NCBI GenBank assembly: GCA_964572205.1 | Contig: CAZNEO010000004.1 | Span: forward strand, 3,185 to 67,184 | Origin: an uncultured Sphingorhabdus sp. | GTDB taxonomy: Bacteria > Pseudomonadota > Alphaproteobacteria > Sphingomonadales > Sphingomonadaceae | Length of the DNA stretch: 64,000 nt | Direction: 5' to 3' | Shown here: piece by piece, positions 46,844-56,515 of the stretch | Layout of the letters: each line of letters opens with the position of its first letter | Position numbering within the stretch: the first letter of the stretch is position 1 | Program-made: the position numbers and the translations under genes | The notes under the pieces: model-generated | Told to the model about the DNA's origin: nothing | Seen by the model: only the letters and a program-made list of their open reading frames with translations | Database searches by the model: none

Positions 46844-46861
46844 ATGACAAGCGTGTTTCAG
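46844..46861 (-). promoter_or_regulatory. Candidate Pho box
   Basis: Minus strand CTGAAAC-ACGC-TTGTCAT, 48 bp upstream of the phoX-like start; resembles CTGTCAT-N4-CTGTCAT. Confidence 0.5.
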
Positions 46862-46879
46862 CTTGTTAGGGGCCGCGCC

Positions 46880-48388
46880 ATGACCGAAAATACAAAAACC
46901 GTTCGCACCCGTATCGCCCCATCGCCCACGGGCGATCCGCATGTCGGCACTGCCTATATTGCGCTGATCAATTATTGCTTTGCCAAAAAGCATGGCGGGC
47001 AATTTCTGCTTAGAATAGAGGATACCGATCAGGTTCGCTCAACCCGCGCATCGGAACAGGCCATTCTCGATTCGCTGACCTGGCTGGGCTTAAGCTGGGA
47101 CGAGGGGCCGGATGTCGGCGGCCCGCACGGCCCCTATCGCCAGTCGGAACGCAGCGCGATTTATACTCAGCATTGCCAGCTGCTGCTTGATCAGGGCCAT
47201 GCCTTCAAATGCTATTTGACGCCCGAAGAGCTAGCATCGCTGCGCGCGCAGCAGACCGCGGCAAAATTGCCACCCAAATATGACACAAGCTATCGCGCAT
47301 TGAACGACACGCTATCGGCAGAGCGTGAAGCAGCGGGCGCAGCGCATGTCATCCGCATGGTTATTCCCGAAAGCGGCACTTGCCGGTTTGAAGATACGCT
47401 GCGCGGGCCGATTGAGATCGATTATGCGACCGTTGACATGCAGGTGCTGATGAAATCGGATGGCCTTCCAACCTATCATCTTGCCAATGTGGTTGACGAC
47501 CATCTGATGGGAATCACGCATGTCATGCGCGGCGAGGAGTGGATTTCGTCCGCACCCAAGCATCTCTTACTTTACCAATATTTCGGCTGGGAGCCGCCAG
47601 TGCTGACGCACCTGCCGCTGCTGCGCAACGCCGACCGGTCAAAGCTATCAAAGCGCAAGAATCCGACGTCCATCCTTTATTACCAGCGCGCCGGATATCT
47701 ACCCGCCGCGATGCAGAATTTCCTTGGACTGTTCATCAAAAGCGCCAGTGAAGAAGATGAAAAGACATCCTTGCAGGCACTGATCGACGGTTTCGACGTC
47801 CACAATATCTCGCTGGGCGGGCCAGTATTCGACACATCGAAGCTGGATTGGCTCAACGGCCGGTATATGCGGGAGGAGCTAGACACGGACGGCTTCATGG
47901 CAGAAGTGCGCAAATGGGCACTCAACGATGCCTATTTGCGGCCGATTGCAGAGATGGTGCAAAGCCGGATTGTGCGCATGGGCGACATAGGCGCGCTTGT
48001 TGCCCCCTTCTTCATGAACCGGATCGAAACATTAACCGCAGAGGCCTTGCGCGATGGGGTTAAGATCGAACCGGACCAGCAGCGTGCGGCCTATACGCTT
48101 GCGCTTCAGCAATTCGACGCAATGATTGCGTGGAACAAGGAAGGCGTCGATGCAGCATTGCGAAAGACCGCGCAGGCGCTGGACATCAAACTGAAAGACA
48201 TGATCCGGGCTTTCTATCTGGCGGTGCTCGGCACGCCGCAGGGCGTCCCCCTGTTTGACGCAATCACCCATCTGGGCCGCGACATCCTGCGCGAACGCCT
48301 GCGCCACGCAATGGAATTGCTGGGCCCTGCAAGCAAGAAGGAGGTTGAAGCCTGGGCAGCGCTGTTGGCGGCGATTGATTCGGATTGA
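46880..48388 (+). CDS. gltX: Glutamate--tRNA ligase
   Basis: RIAPSPTG.PHVG, LRIEDTD, YHLANVVDDH, RGEEW, KLSKR. Confidence 0.96.
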   Translation: MTENTKTVRTRIAPSPTGDPHVGTAYIALINYCFAKKHGGQFLLRIEDTDQVRSTRASEQAILDSLTWLGLSWDEGPDVGGPHGPYRQSERSAIYTQHCQLLLDQGHAFKCYLTPEELASLRAQQTAAKLPPKYDTSYRALNDTLSAEREAAGAAHVIRMVIPESGTCRFEDTLRGPIEIDYATVDMQVLMKSDGLPTYHLANVVDDHLMGITHVMRGEEWISSAPKHLLLYQYFGWEPPVLTHLPLLRNADRSKLSKRKNPTSILYYQRAGYLPAAMQNFLGLFIKSASEEDEKTSLQALIDGFDVHNISLGGPVFDTSKLDWLNGRYMREELDTDGFMAEVRKWALNDAYLRPIAEMVQSRIVRMGDIGALVAPFFMNRIETLTAEALRDGVKIEPDQQRAAYTLALQQFDAMIAWNKEGVDAALRKTAQALDIKLKDMIRAFYLAVLGTPQGVPLFDAITHLGRDILRERLRHAMELLGPASKKEVEAWAALLAAIDSD

Positions 48389-48395
48389 TGTAAAA

Positions 48396-48590
48396 GAGAC
48401 GGGAGAAGGGGAGCGGTTGGTTTGGGATGCGAAGTCAAAGCGAGATTAAGAAGCTGATCGATCTTGTTTTCGATATTGGCATGGAGTTTCATTGGGACAT
48501 TGGGTACGCAATGTTCAAGGATGAGATGCAACGCTTGCAAAACGAAGTACATCCGATGTTCAGCGTAACTCCCTCCCCTTCTCCCGTATC
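48396..48590. repeat. Pair of inverted arms enclosing about 148 bp of AT-richer DNA
   Basis: gagacgggagaaggggag (48396-48413) pairs with ctccccttctcccgtatc (48573-48590), 17/18. Confidence 0.8.
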
Positions 48591-48612
48591 TATCACAAAA
48601 TTCGATGTCTGA
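48427..48612 (+). CDS. Possible small protein inside the inverted repeat
   Basis: 61 aa ORF with amphipathic-looking N-terminus; tail encoded by the right arm; overlaps the ung start. Confidence 0.35.
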   Translation: MRSQSEIKKLIDLVFDIGMEFHWDIGYAMFKDEMQRLQNEVHPMFSVTPSPSPVSITKFDV

Positions 48613-49288
48613 AGTCCAACTCGACGAATGCTGGAAGACTCCGCTGCTGCCCGAGTTTGAATCGGACTATATGGCGCAGTTGCGCGCATTCCTTGTCGCC
48701 GAAAAGGCTGCAGGCAAACGCATCTTTCCGAAGGGTAGCGAGTGGTTCCGCGCGCTTGACCTTACGCCGCTCGAAAAGGTGCGCGTGGTGATCTTGGGGC
48801 AGGATCCCTATCATGGACCCGGCCAGGCGCATGGCCTGTGCTTTAGCGTCAAGCCCGGTGTTCCGCCGCCGCCAAGCCTTGTGAACATCTATAAGGAACT
48901 GCAATCAGACCTTGGCATCCCCCGCCCGCGCCACGGCTTTCTGGAGCATTGGGCGAGCCAAGGCGTGCTGCTGCTGAACAGCGTGCTTACGGTGGAAATG
49001 GCCAAGGCTGCATCACACCAGAAACGCGGCTGGGAACGCTTTACTGATGCGGTGATAAGGCTGGTCAACGCAAAGGATGAGCCGGTGGTTTTCCTTCTTT
49101 GGGGCAGCTATGCACAGAAAAAGGCCGCCTTTGTCGATGGCTCGAAACATCTGGTGCTAAAGGCCGCGCACCCCTCCCCATTGTCTGCACACAATGGCTT
49201 CATGGGCTGTCGGCACTTTTCGCAGTGTAACGCGTTTCTTCAGAGCAAAGCTTTGCCGCCGATAGACTGGCGGCTGCCGGATTTATAA
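48605..49288 (+). CDS. ung: Uracil-DNA glycosylase, family 1
   Basis: GQDPYH, PPSLVNI, GVLLLN, HPSPLS. Confidence 0.97.
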   Translation: MSEVQLDECWKTPLLPEFESDYMAQLRAFLVAEKAAGKRIFPKGSEWFRALDLTPLEKVRVVILGQDPYHGPGQAHGLCFSVKPGVPPPPSLVNIYKELQSDLGIPRPRHGFLEHWASQGVLLLNSVLTVEMAKAASHQKRGWERFTDAVIRLVNAKDEPVVFLLWGSYAQKKAAFVDGSKHLVLKAAHPSPLSAHNGFMGCRHFSQCNAFLQSKALPPIDWRLPDL

Positions 49289-49312
49289 ACTCTTCCCGCA
49301 AGCGAGGAGGAT

Positions 49313-51118
49313 TTATCCCTTATACATCCCGTCCACACGGTCCTTGTACCGTTCACGGATCATGTGCCGCCTGATCTTCATACTTGGCGTCATTTCGCCA
49401 TTTTCGATGGTGAAGGGCTCATCGGCAAATTCAAACTGACGCACTTTTTCGGTGACTGACAAGTCCTTATTCACCCGGTCAACGGCGGCGCGGACCGCAG
49501 AGCGAAACTGCGGATTGCCCTGCAAGCTGTTGAAATCATATTTCACACCCTGCGCGCGCGCCCATTCCAGTGCCCATTCCGGGTCCGGCACGATCAGGCC
49601 GACAATATAGGGCCGCTTGTCGCCAGAAACCATCGCCTGCAATATTTCGGGTTGCAGCGTCAGCATCCCTTCGACCTTTTGCGGCGCGACATTGTCGCCC
49701 TTGTCATTCACGATCAGATCCTTTTTGCGGTCGGTAATGACGATCCGCTTCTGCGCGTCAATATGGCCGATGTCGCCGGTATGCAGCCAGCCATCCTTGA
49801 TCGTGCGCTCGGTTTCGGCCTTGTTGCGCCAATAGCCCTTCATCACCAGCTCGCCGCGAACCAAAATTTCGCCATCCTCGGCAATGCGCACCTCCACGCC
49901 TTTCAGCGCGGGCCCGACTGTGTCCATTTTGATGCCTGCCGCCGGGCGGTTGCAACTGACCACTGGGCCGGATTCAGTCTGGCCATAGCCTTGCAGTAGG
50001 GTGATCCCCAGCGACTGGAAAAAGATGCCGATATCAGGGTTGAGCGGCGCGCCGCCCGAAACCATCGCCTTCATCCGTCCGCCAAATTTTGCCCGGATCT
50101 TGGGTTTCAACGTGCGCGACACGATCAACCGCATCGGTGCGTCAAGCAGCCGCTTTTTGCCGCTATAGTCTCGCTCCCCAATGGTAAGCGCCTTGTCGAG
50201 CAAATAGTTGGGCAGCTTGCCCTGCTTTTCGACCGTTTTGATCATGCGCGCGCGCAGCACCTCAAACAGGCGCGGCACGACCACCATGATTGTGGGCTGC
50301 GTTTCCTCTATATTGGCCGCCAACTTTTCCAGACCTTCGGCATAATAGATTTCTGCACCGACACCGATGGGAAGGAACTGCCCGCCTGAATGTTCATAGG
50401 CATGGGACAAAGGAAGGAACGACAGGAAGCGTTCATCATCCAGCCCGAAATCCTCGCGCAGCACCTGCGCCGCGCCATCGACATTACATATGATCGAGCC
50501 ATGATGCAGCATCACCCCGCGCGGCGCGCCGCCCGTGCCACTGGTGTAGATGATGCAGGCAATGTCATCGCGCGCAACATTGGCCATTTCCTGCGTCAGG
50601 GCAGCGACATCGGCGTCGGTTCCATGCACCAGATCGGCCCAGTCATGCAGGCTTTGCTGCCCCTTTTGCGCAAGCTTTACCGGCTCCATGCCGATAACAA
50701 ATTCGCATTCCGACGATTTGACAACCGCAGGCATCAGCACCTGTGCAAGCTTTGCCGTGGAAACAATGACTGCGCGCGACTGGCTGTTGTCCAGTATATG
50801 CTGGTGATCGCGTTCGGTGTTGGTGATGTAGGTTGGCACAGTGATGCAGCCTGCGGCCATGATCCCCAGATCGGCAATGCACCATTCAGGCCGGTTTTCG
50901 GATACCAGCATCACCCGGTCGCCTTTGTTCAGGCCCATCGCCCGTAAGGATTTGGCCAGCCCCGCCACTTGCCGAGCCACTTCTGCCCAGCTTAAGGTTT
51001 GCCAGCTGCCGCCCTCTTTATGCCCCAGAAACGGCCGGTCGCCGCGCAACGCGGCACGCGACAGGAACATCGACACCAGATTGGAAAAGGATTCAAAATC
51101 GTCAAATTGCTCTGACAC
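49313..51118 (-). CDS. Long-chain fatty acid--CoA ligase
   Basis: YTSGTGG.PRG, FLPLSHAYE, GYGQTE, GWLHTGD, DRKKD. Confidence 0.92.
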   Translation of the reverse strand: MSEQFDDFESFSNLVSMFLSRAALRGDRPFLGHKEGGSWQTLSWAEVARQVAGLAKSLRAMGLNKGDRVMLVSENRPEWCIADLGIMAAGCITVPTYITNTERDHQHILDNSQSRAVIVSTAKLAQVLMPAVVKSSECEFVIGMEPVKLAQKGQQSLHDWADLVHGTDADVAALTQEMANVARDDIACIIYTSGTGGAPRGVMLHHGSIICNVDGAAQVLREDFGLDDERFLSFLPLSHAYEHSGGQFLPIGVGAEIYYAEGLEKLAANIEETQPTIMVVVPRLFEVLRARMIKTVEKQGKLPNYLLDKALTIGERDYSGKKRLLDAPMRLIVSRTLKPKIRAKFGGRMKAMVSGGAPLNPDIGIFFQSLGITLLQGYGQTESGPVVSCNRPAAGIKMDTVGPALKGVEVRIAEDGEILVRGELVMKGYWRNKAETERTIKDGWLHTGDIGHIDAQKRIVITDRKKDLIVNDKGDNVAPQKVEGMLTLQPEILQAMVSGDKRPYIVGLIVPDPEWALEWARAQGVKYDFNSLQGNPQFRSAVRAAVDRVNKDLSVTEKVRQFEFADEPFTIENGEMTPSMKIRRHMIRERYKDRVDGMYKG

Positions 51119-51200
51119 GACTCATGCTCTCCTGCGACCGGCGTTTTTTTGTCCGGATTATCTCGATAAAGCGCTAGCGTGCCGTAACGCGAAGGGCAAT

Positions 51201-52508
51201 TTAAACCGCGTCTAGCGCCGCAGCGAAATCAGCGATCAAATCGTCGGCATCCTCTATCCCTATCGAAATGCGCACCAGATTATCGGTTATCCCCAACGCA
51301 TCCTTGCGTTCCTGCGGGACCGACAAATGCGTCATCGCTGCCGGATGGCTCGCTAGCGTTTCCGTGCCGCCAAGGCTGACTGCCAGTTTTGCAATTTTCA
51401 GCGCGTCTAGAAAACGGAAGGATTCCGCCTCGCCGCCGTTGATAAACAGCGAAAAGGTTGACCCCGCCCCGGTGCAGTGCCGGGTGTAGATGTCTTGCTG
51501 TTGCGGATCGTCAATCATGCCAAGATAGCCAAGGCCCAGCACTTTCGGGTGAGATTTCAGGAAAGCGCACACTTTGGCTGCATTCTCGCCCGCGCGGCTC
51601 ATCCGCAGTTCCAGCGTTTCCAGACTGCGCAGCAGCATCCAGGCAGTGTTGGGATCGCAAATGGTGCCGATGGTGTTGCGCATCGGGCGGATGGCATCAA
51701 TCAGGGCCTGCGTGCCCGTGACGCCGCCTGCCACCAGATCGGAATGACCCCCTGCATATTTGGTGAGGCTGTAGACAACCAGTTCAGCACCCTGCTTCAT
51801 CGGCTGTTGCCACAATGGCCCAAGGAATGTGTTGTCGATCGCAATGGCTGGCTTTTGCGGACCGGCAAAGGCGGCATCACGCGCCGCGCGGACGGCCTCC
51901 ACATCAACCAGCGCATTTGTAGGATTTGCCGGGCTTTCTAGATAGATGAGCGCAACCTTCCCCCCGGTTTCGCGTGCCTTTTCCTCCGCCTTTGCAAGGA
52001 TCGCATCTATTTCAGCGCGGCTGGCACCTGCCGGGAAATCAAGAAAACTGACGCCAAAGCGTGAAAGGATGCGCGCGATCAACGTTTCAGTTGCGGCATA
52101 AAGCGGCCCGGAATGGACAATGACGTCATTCTGGCTGACCAGCGATAGCAACAGCGTTGCAATCGCGGACATGCCGCTGGAAAACACCAGCGCATCGTCC
52201 GCACCATCCCATACTGACAACCGGTCCTCCAAGATCTCCTGATTGGGTCCGTTGAAACGAGAATAGACCAGACCCTCTGCCGGGCCCTGCCGCTTTCCCG
52301 TGATATGTTCAAAAAATGTCTTGCCCGCCGCCGCGCTTTCAAAGGCAAAGGTCGACGTCAGAAAGATCGGTGGCTTCAGCGCGCCTTCGGATAGGACCGG
52401 GTCATAGCCATGCCCCATCATCAACGTCGATGGTTTCAGAACGCGGCCGCCAATGGTCTTTGGCGCAGGCTTCCGGCTGCGGCGGGTCGGCACGGGAACA
52501 TCGGTCAT
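51201..52508 (-). CDS. Cystathionine gamma-synthase / methionine gamma-lyase family PLP enzyme
   Basis: YSRF..PN, SSGMSAI, ESPANPT, DNTF, SLTKY.GGHSD, AVSLGG.E. Confidence 0.92.
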   Translation of the reverse strand: MTDVPVPTRRSRKPAPKTIGGRVLKPSTLMMGHGYDPVLSEGALKPPIFLTSTFAFESAAAGKTFFEHITGKRQGPAEGLVYSRFNGPNQEILEDRLSVWDGADDALVFSSGMSAIATLLLSLVSQNDVIVHSGPLYAATETLIARILSRFGVSFLDFPAGASRAEIDAILAKAEEKARETGGKVALIYLESPANPTNALVDVEAVRAARDAAFAGPQKPAIAIDNTFLGPLWQQPMKQGAELVVYSLTKYAGGHSDLVAGGVTGTQALIDAIRPMRNTIGTICDPNTAWMLLRSLETLELRMSRAGENAAKVCAFLKSHPKVLGLGYLGMIDDPQQQDIYTRHCTGAGSTFSLFINGGEAESFRFLDALKIAKLAVSLGGTETLASHPAAMTHLSVPQERKDALGITDNLVRISIGIEDADDLIADFAAALDAV

Positions 52509-52575
52509 GGCATCAATCTCCTATGCCGCTGCCCTAACATAATTTGTTTCAAATGAAACTATCTTGCGCCATTTT

Positions 52576-53982
52576 TCAGTTGATAAGCTGCGCGCTCACC
52601 CAGACGAGGCCAACAATGATCGGGATGCCGGCCAAATCCATCAATGCGCCCGATTTCACCATGCGTGGCATGGCAATATGTCCGCTTGACCAGGCAAGGG
52701 CGTTAGGGCCTGTGCCCGACGGCATCATATAGCCCCAGCTGGCAGCAATGGACGCGCTCATCGCCAACAGCCATGGATCGGCGCCTGTGGCAACGATCAG
52801 GCCGACGACCACAGGCATTACGCCGCTGGCGGTTGCCACATTGCTGGCAAATTCGGTAATCAGGATAACCAGCGCGACAACGCACGCCGCGATCAGCAAC
52901 GGATGCACGCCAGCGAGGGGGCGCAGCGCCTCGCCCAGCCAATCGTCGAGCCCCGACGCGCTGATCCCGGCGGCAAGCGCGAGGCCGCCGCCAAACATCA
53001 TGATCACGCCCCATGGTGCCCGGTCTGCCTCTTTCCAGAGCAACAGCGGCCGACCGCTGCCGTCGGAAATGATGAACAACAAAAGCCCCCCCAGCACGGC
53101 AATGCTGCCATCGGTTATTGCCCCCTTCGGCAAATAGGGTTCGACCCATGGCTGCACCAGCCACAAGAGGATGACAAAAAGGATAAGCGGCAGCAGCCTT
53201 TTCTCCGCCATGCTCCATGGACCGGGATCGCCGATGGCAGCGCGGGCGGCAAGGGCATCAAAACCGGTCTTCCCCACCCGCTGCACGCGCATCAGGATGA
53301 ATGCGCAAACCGGCACAGACACCACTACAATAGGCAGGCCATAGGCCATCCATGTCAGAAAGCCGATTTCGATACCCAGCTGCTTCTCGATAAGGCCCGC
53401 AGCAATAGCATTGGTGGGCGATCCCACCAATGTGCCAAGCCCGCCGATGGTGGCGGCAAAGGCGATACCCATTGCCAAAGCCCCTGCCATGCCATCGGTT
53501 TCCCCCTCTCGCACGCCGCCCGCGGCAAGCACGGCAAGCGCAATTGGCAGCATGATCAATGTTGTTGATGTATTTGAAATCAACATACTAAGCAGTGCAG
53601 TTGCGATCATGAATGAAAATAGCAGCCCCGCTGCACTCACCCCTGCCCGTTTCAATATGGCAAGCGCAGCCCGGCGGTGGAGGCCCACCCGTTCAATGGC
53701 GAGGGCAAGAAATGCCCCGCCCAGTATCAGGAACAATATGTCGGAATAATATTCCTTTGCGACTGCTTTGGCATCCATCACGCCCATGACCGGCAGTGCA
53801 AGGAATGGCAGCAGCGCAGTTGCAGTCAGCGGCAAAGCCTCCGTCATCCACCAGATCGCCATTAACAGCGTCAAGGCGGCGACATGCCAGGCAGGCTGCG
53901 CCATCGATTGTGGCGGTCCAGCCAGCAGCATGACAGCAAACAACAGCAGCCCGCCCCATAGACCCGCCAACCGTGCCGTCAT
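52576..53982 (-). CDS. SLC13/DASS sodium:anion symporter
   Basis: WWMTEALP, SNT.T, GSPTNAI, TEFASN. Confidence 0.92.
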   Translation of the reverse strand: MTARLAGLWGGLLLFAVMLLAGPPQSMAQPAWHVAALTLLMAIWWMTEALPLTATALLPFLALPVMGVMDAKAVAKEYYSDILFLILGGAFLALAIERVGLHRRAALAILKRAGVSAAGLLFSFMIATALLSMLISNTSTTLIMLPIALAVLAAGGVREGETDGMAGALAMGIAFAATIGGLGTLVGSPTNAIAAGLIEKQLGIEIGFLTWMAYGLPIVVVSVPVCAFILMRVQRVGKTGFDALAARAAIGDPGPWSMAEKRLLPLILFVILLWLVQPWVEPYLPKGAITDGSIAVLGGLLLFIISDGSGRPLLLWKEADRAPWGVIMMFGGGLALAAGISASGLDDWLGEALRPLAGVHPLLIAACVVALVILITEFASNVATASGVMPVVVGLIVATGADPWLLAMSASIAASWGYMMPSGTGPNALAWSSGHIAMPRMVKSGALMDLAGIPIIVGLVWVSAQLIN

Positions 53983-54758
53983 GGCGCAATACCAATCATC
54001 GACATTTGCGCGCCATAGCCGCCCTCATTGCGGTGGCAACTGCGCCTGTAGCTGAAAAAGCGATCTGGCTGGCTGTAGGTGTCTTCACCAAGGCACTGCA
54101 CTTTTTCAATGCCATATGCTGCCAGCCGTGCGGCAACATAGCCTTCAATATCAAATTGGTAGTGCCCTGCCTTGCCGTTGGCAAAAAATCGCTCAGACCC
54201 GCTTTCATGCTCGACAAAGCGGCGCAAAAAGCCCTCATCCACTTCATAGCTTTTCTGGGCGATACATGGGCCAATAGCGCAAACGATGTTGCTTCGCGCT
54301 GCGCCCAGCGCCTCCATGGCGTCCACGGTATTTTCGTTGATACCGGCCAGCGCGCCTTTCCAGCCGGAATGGGCCGCTCCGACGATGGCGGCATTCCGGT
54401 CGGCAAAAAGCACAGGCACACAATCGGCGGTCTGCACTGCGATCAGCACGCCCGGCCTGTCCGTCACCAGCGCGTCGCCCTTTGGCGGGTTGTTCTGGTC
54501 ATTCGGCCCCGTGACTGTGACAACATCAGCGGAATGAATCTGATAGACCCGCGCCAATTGCGCACCGGGCAGGACAGATGCAACCGCGCGCCGCCGGTTT
54601 TCCACCACATGTTCGCGCACATCATCCGAACCCAGGCTGCAATTCAGGCTGGCGTAAATACCGCCTGATACGCCGCCACGCCGCCCCAGAAAGGCGTGGG
54701 GAAGGCCGCCAAGCAGGGCGCTTTGCAGCAATTCGACCGGTATTTCATTCTCCGCCAT
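53979..54758 (-). CDS. pgeF: Peptidoglycan editing factor PgeF (YfiH/laccase-like)
   Basis: QIHS, DALVT, TADCVPVL, AAHSGWKG, IGPCI, FFSYRR. Confidence 0.92.
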   Translation of the reverse strand: MAENEIPVELLQSALLGGLPHAFLGRRGGVSGGIYASLNCSLGSDDVREHVVENRRRAVASVLPGAQLARVYQIHSADVVTVTGPNDQNNPPKGDALVTDRPGVLIAVQTADCVPVLFADRNAAIVGAAHSGWKGALAGINENTVDAMEALGAARSNIVCAIGPCIAQKSYEVDEGFLRRFVEHESGSERFFANGKAGHYQFDIEGYVAARLAAYGIEKVQCLGEDTYSQPDRFFSYRRSCHRNEGGYGAQMSMIGIAP

Positions 54759-54835
54759 AGCCGTCCCTTTGCCGACTGCGCCTCTGATTGGCAACATGCT
54801 TGACGTGCGCCCCCGCTTGCCGGATGGATGCCGTC

Positions 54836-55639
54836 ATGCCGGGTAAGATGCTGATTTTTGGAATGGGCTATACGGCCAGCCGCCTCGCGCAATTTCTTCG
54901 TCAGTCAGGCTGGAGCGTGACTGGCACAAAACGGATGAGCGGCGGCGATGCCATTGGCTTTGATGACCGGGCAGCGGTGCTGACAGCGCTGGAGACCGCC
55001 ACACACATCCTGTCCAGTGTTCCGCCCAATGGCGAAGGCACCGATCCTGTGCTCGCGGCCTATGGCACCGACATTAGGGCGGCCCATGGCAGATGGGTCG
55101 GCTATCTTTCTTCTACGGGAGTCTATGGCGATACAGGCGGGGCATGGGTGGATGAAAGCGCTGCCATCGGCACCGGCCGCCGCACTGCGCGCGCTGAGGC
55201 AGATCAGGCGTGGCAGCGGCTGGGCAGCGTTTTTCGCCTGCCGGGCATTTATGGCCCAACCCGCTCTGCACTGGACCGCCTGATCGAGGGCAAAGCGCAC
55301 CGGATTGACTTGCCCGACCAGATATTCAGCCGCATTCATGTCGATGACATCATATCAGGGTTGATTGCGGGCTTTTCCGGTCCGCCCTCGGTCTACAATC
55401 TTGCCGACGATCTGCCGTGCAGCCAGAATGCCGTCATTGACCATGCGGCAGGGATACTGGGGGTTGATCCGCCACCCCTGCAAAGCATTGACGAGGCCGG
55501 CTTATCCCCCCTCGCCCGCGCCTTCTATGCCGAAAACCGCCGTATTTCCAATCAAAAGGCGAAAAGGCTGCTGGCATGGAAACCGCTTTATTCGACGTAT
55601 AAACAAGGGCTTGACGCAATTTTCCACAGTCAAAGGTAA
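54836..55639 (+). CDS. NAD(P)-dependent oxidoreductase, atypical SDR
   Basis: IFGMGY, YLSSTGVYGD.GG.WVDE, FRLPGIYGP, SRIHVDD. Confidence 0.88.
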   Translation: MPGKMLIFGMGYTASRLAQFLRQSGWSVTGTKRMSGGDAIGFDDRAAVLTALETATHILSSVPPNGEGTDPVLAAYGTDIRAAHGRWVGYLSSTGVYGDTGGAWVDESAAIGTGRRTARAEADQAWQRLGSVFRLPGIYGPTRSALDRLIEGKAHRIDLPDQIFSRIHVDDIISGLIAGFSGPPSVYNLADDLPCSQNAVIDHAAGILGVDPPPLQSIDEAGLSPLARAFYAENRRISNQKAKRLLAWKPLYSTYKQGLDAIFHSQR

Positions 55640-55721
55640 ATACTGCATTGACGGATTCCCGGCACGGGTCCAGCCTCGCTCCCCTAAACCGGCGCAGACC
55701 GGGGAAAATTAAAGCGGGAGA

Positions 55722-56513
55722 ATGATTTTGGCCACAGCCGCCCTTGAACCCACGCCACGCCCGTCGCTGTTTTTGGCATTGTCCGAATTTCCGCGTGCCC
55801 TTGCCGAATTTGGTTCCATGCCCTGGGCAGCACCGCTGTTGATGCAGGCCCCCAAAGGCGATGGCCACCCCGTGTTGTTGCTTCCCGGCTTCATGGCTGG
55901 CGACTATTCGATGAAGCCGCTGAAAAGCTACCTCGAAAAGCTGGGCTATCAGGTGTTTCATTGGGAATTGGGTCGCAATCTTGGGCCTCGTGCGATTGGG
56001 GCCAATGGCGAAAAACTGATCAAGCGGCTCGACGAAATTCATGCGCTTACCGGACGCAAGGTCAGCCTTATCGGCTGGTCGCTGGGCGGAACGCTTGCCC
56101 GGCAATTGTCGCGACGACGCCCTGATATTGTCCGGCAGGTGATTTCGCTCGGCTCGCCAATCACAGGCAGCCCGAAATCGACCAATGCGTGGCATGCCTA
56201 CCAATGGATGACCGGCCAGAAAGTTGACGATCCCTCTGTGCAGGCGCAGCTTGCCGAAAGCCACGACGTGCCGCCGGTTCCCTCAACCGCGATCTTTTCT
56301 AAGCATGATGGCATTGTTGCCTGGCAAAACAGCCGTGAGCCACAATCGGCGCATACCGACAATATCGAAGTGCGCGGCAGCCATTGCGGCCTTGGCGTCA
56401 ACCCCACGGTCCTCTGGGCGATCGCAGACCGGCTGGCCTTGCCCGAATCCGGGTGGCAGCGGTTTGACCGGTCTGGACTGAAGGCTTTGGTCTATCCGTC
56501 GTCTGGGCACTGA
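55722..56513 (+). CDS. Alpha/beta hydrolase (esterase/lipase-like)
   Basis: LLPGF, GWSLGG, DGIV, SHCG. Confidence 0.9.
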   Translation: MILATAALEPTPRPSLFLALSEFPRALAEFGSMPWAAPLLMQAPKGDGHPVLLLPGFMAGDYSMKPLKSYLEKLGYQVFHWELGRNLGPRAIGANGEKLIKRLDEIHALTGRKVSLIGWSLGGTLARQLSRRRPDIVRQVISLGSPITGSPKSTNAWHAYQWMTGQKVDDPSVQAQLAESHDVPPVPSTAIFSKHDGIVAWQNSREPQSAHTDNIEVRGSHCGLGVNPTVLWAIADRLALPESGWQRFDRSGLKALVYPSSGH

Positions 56514-56515
56514 TC

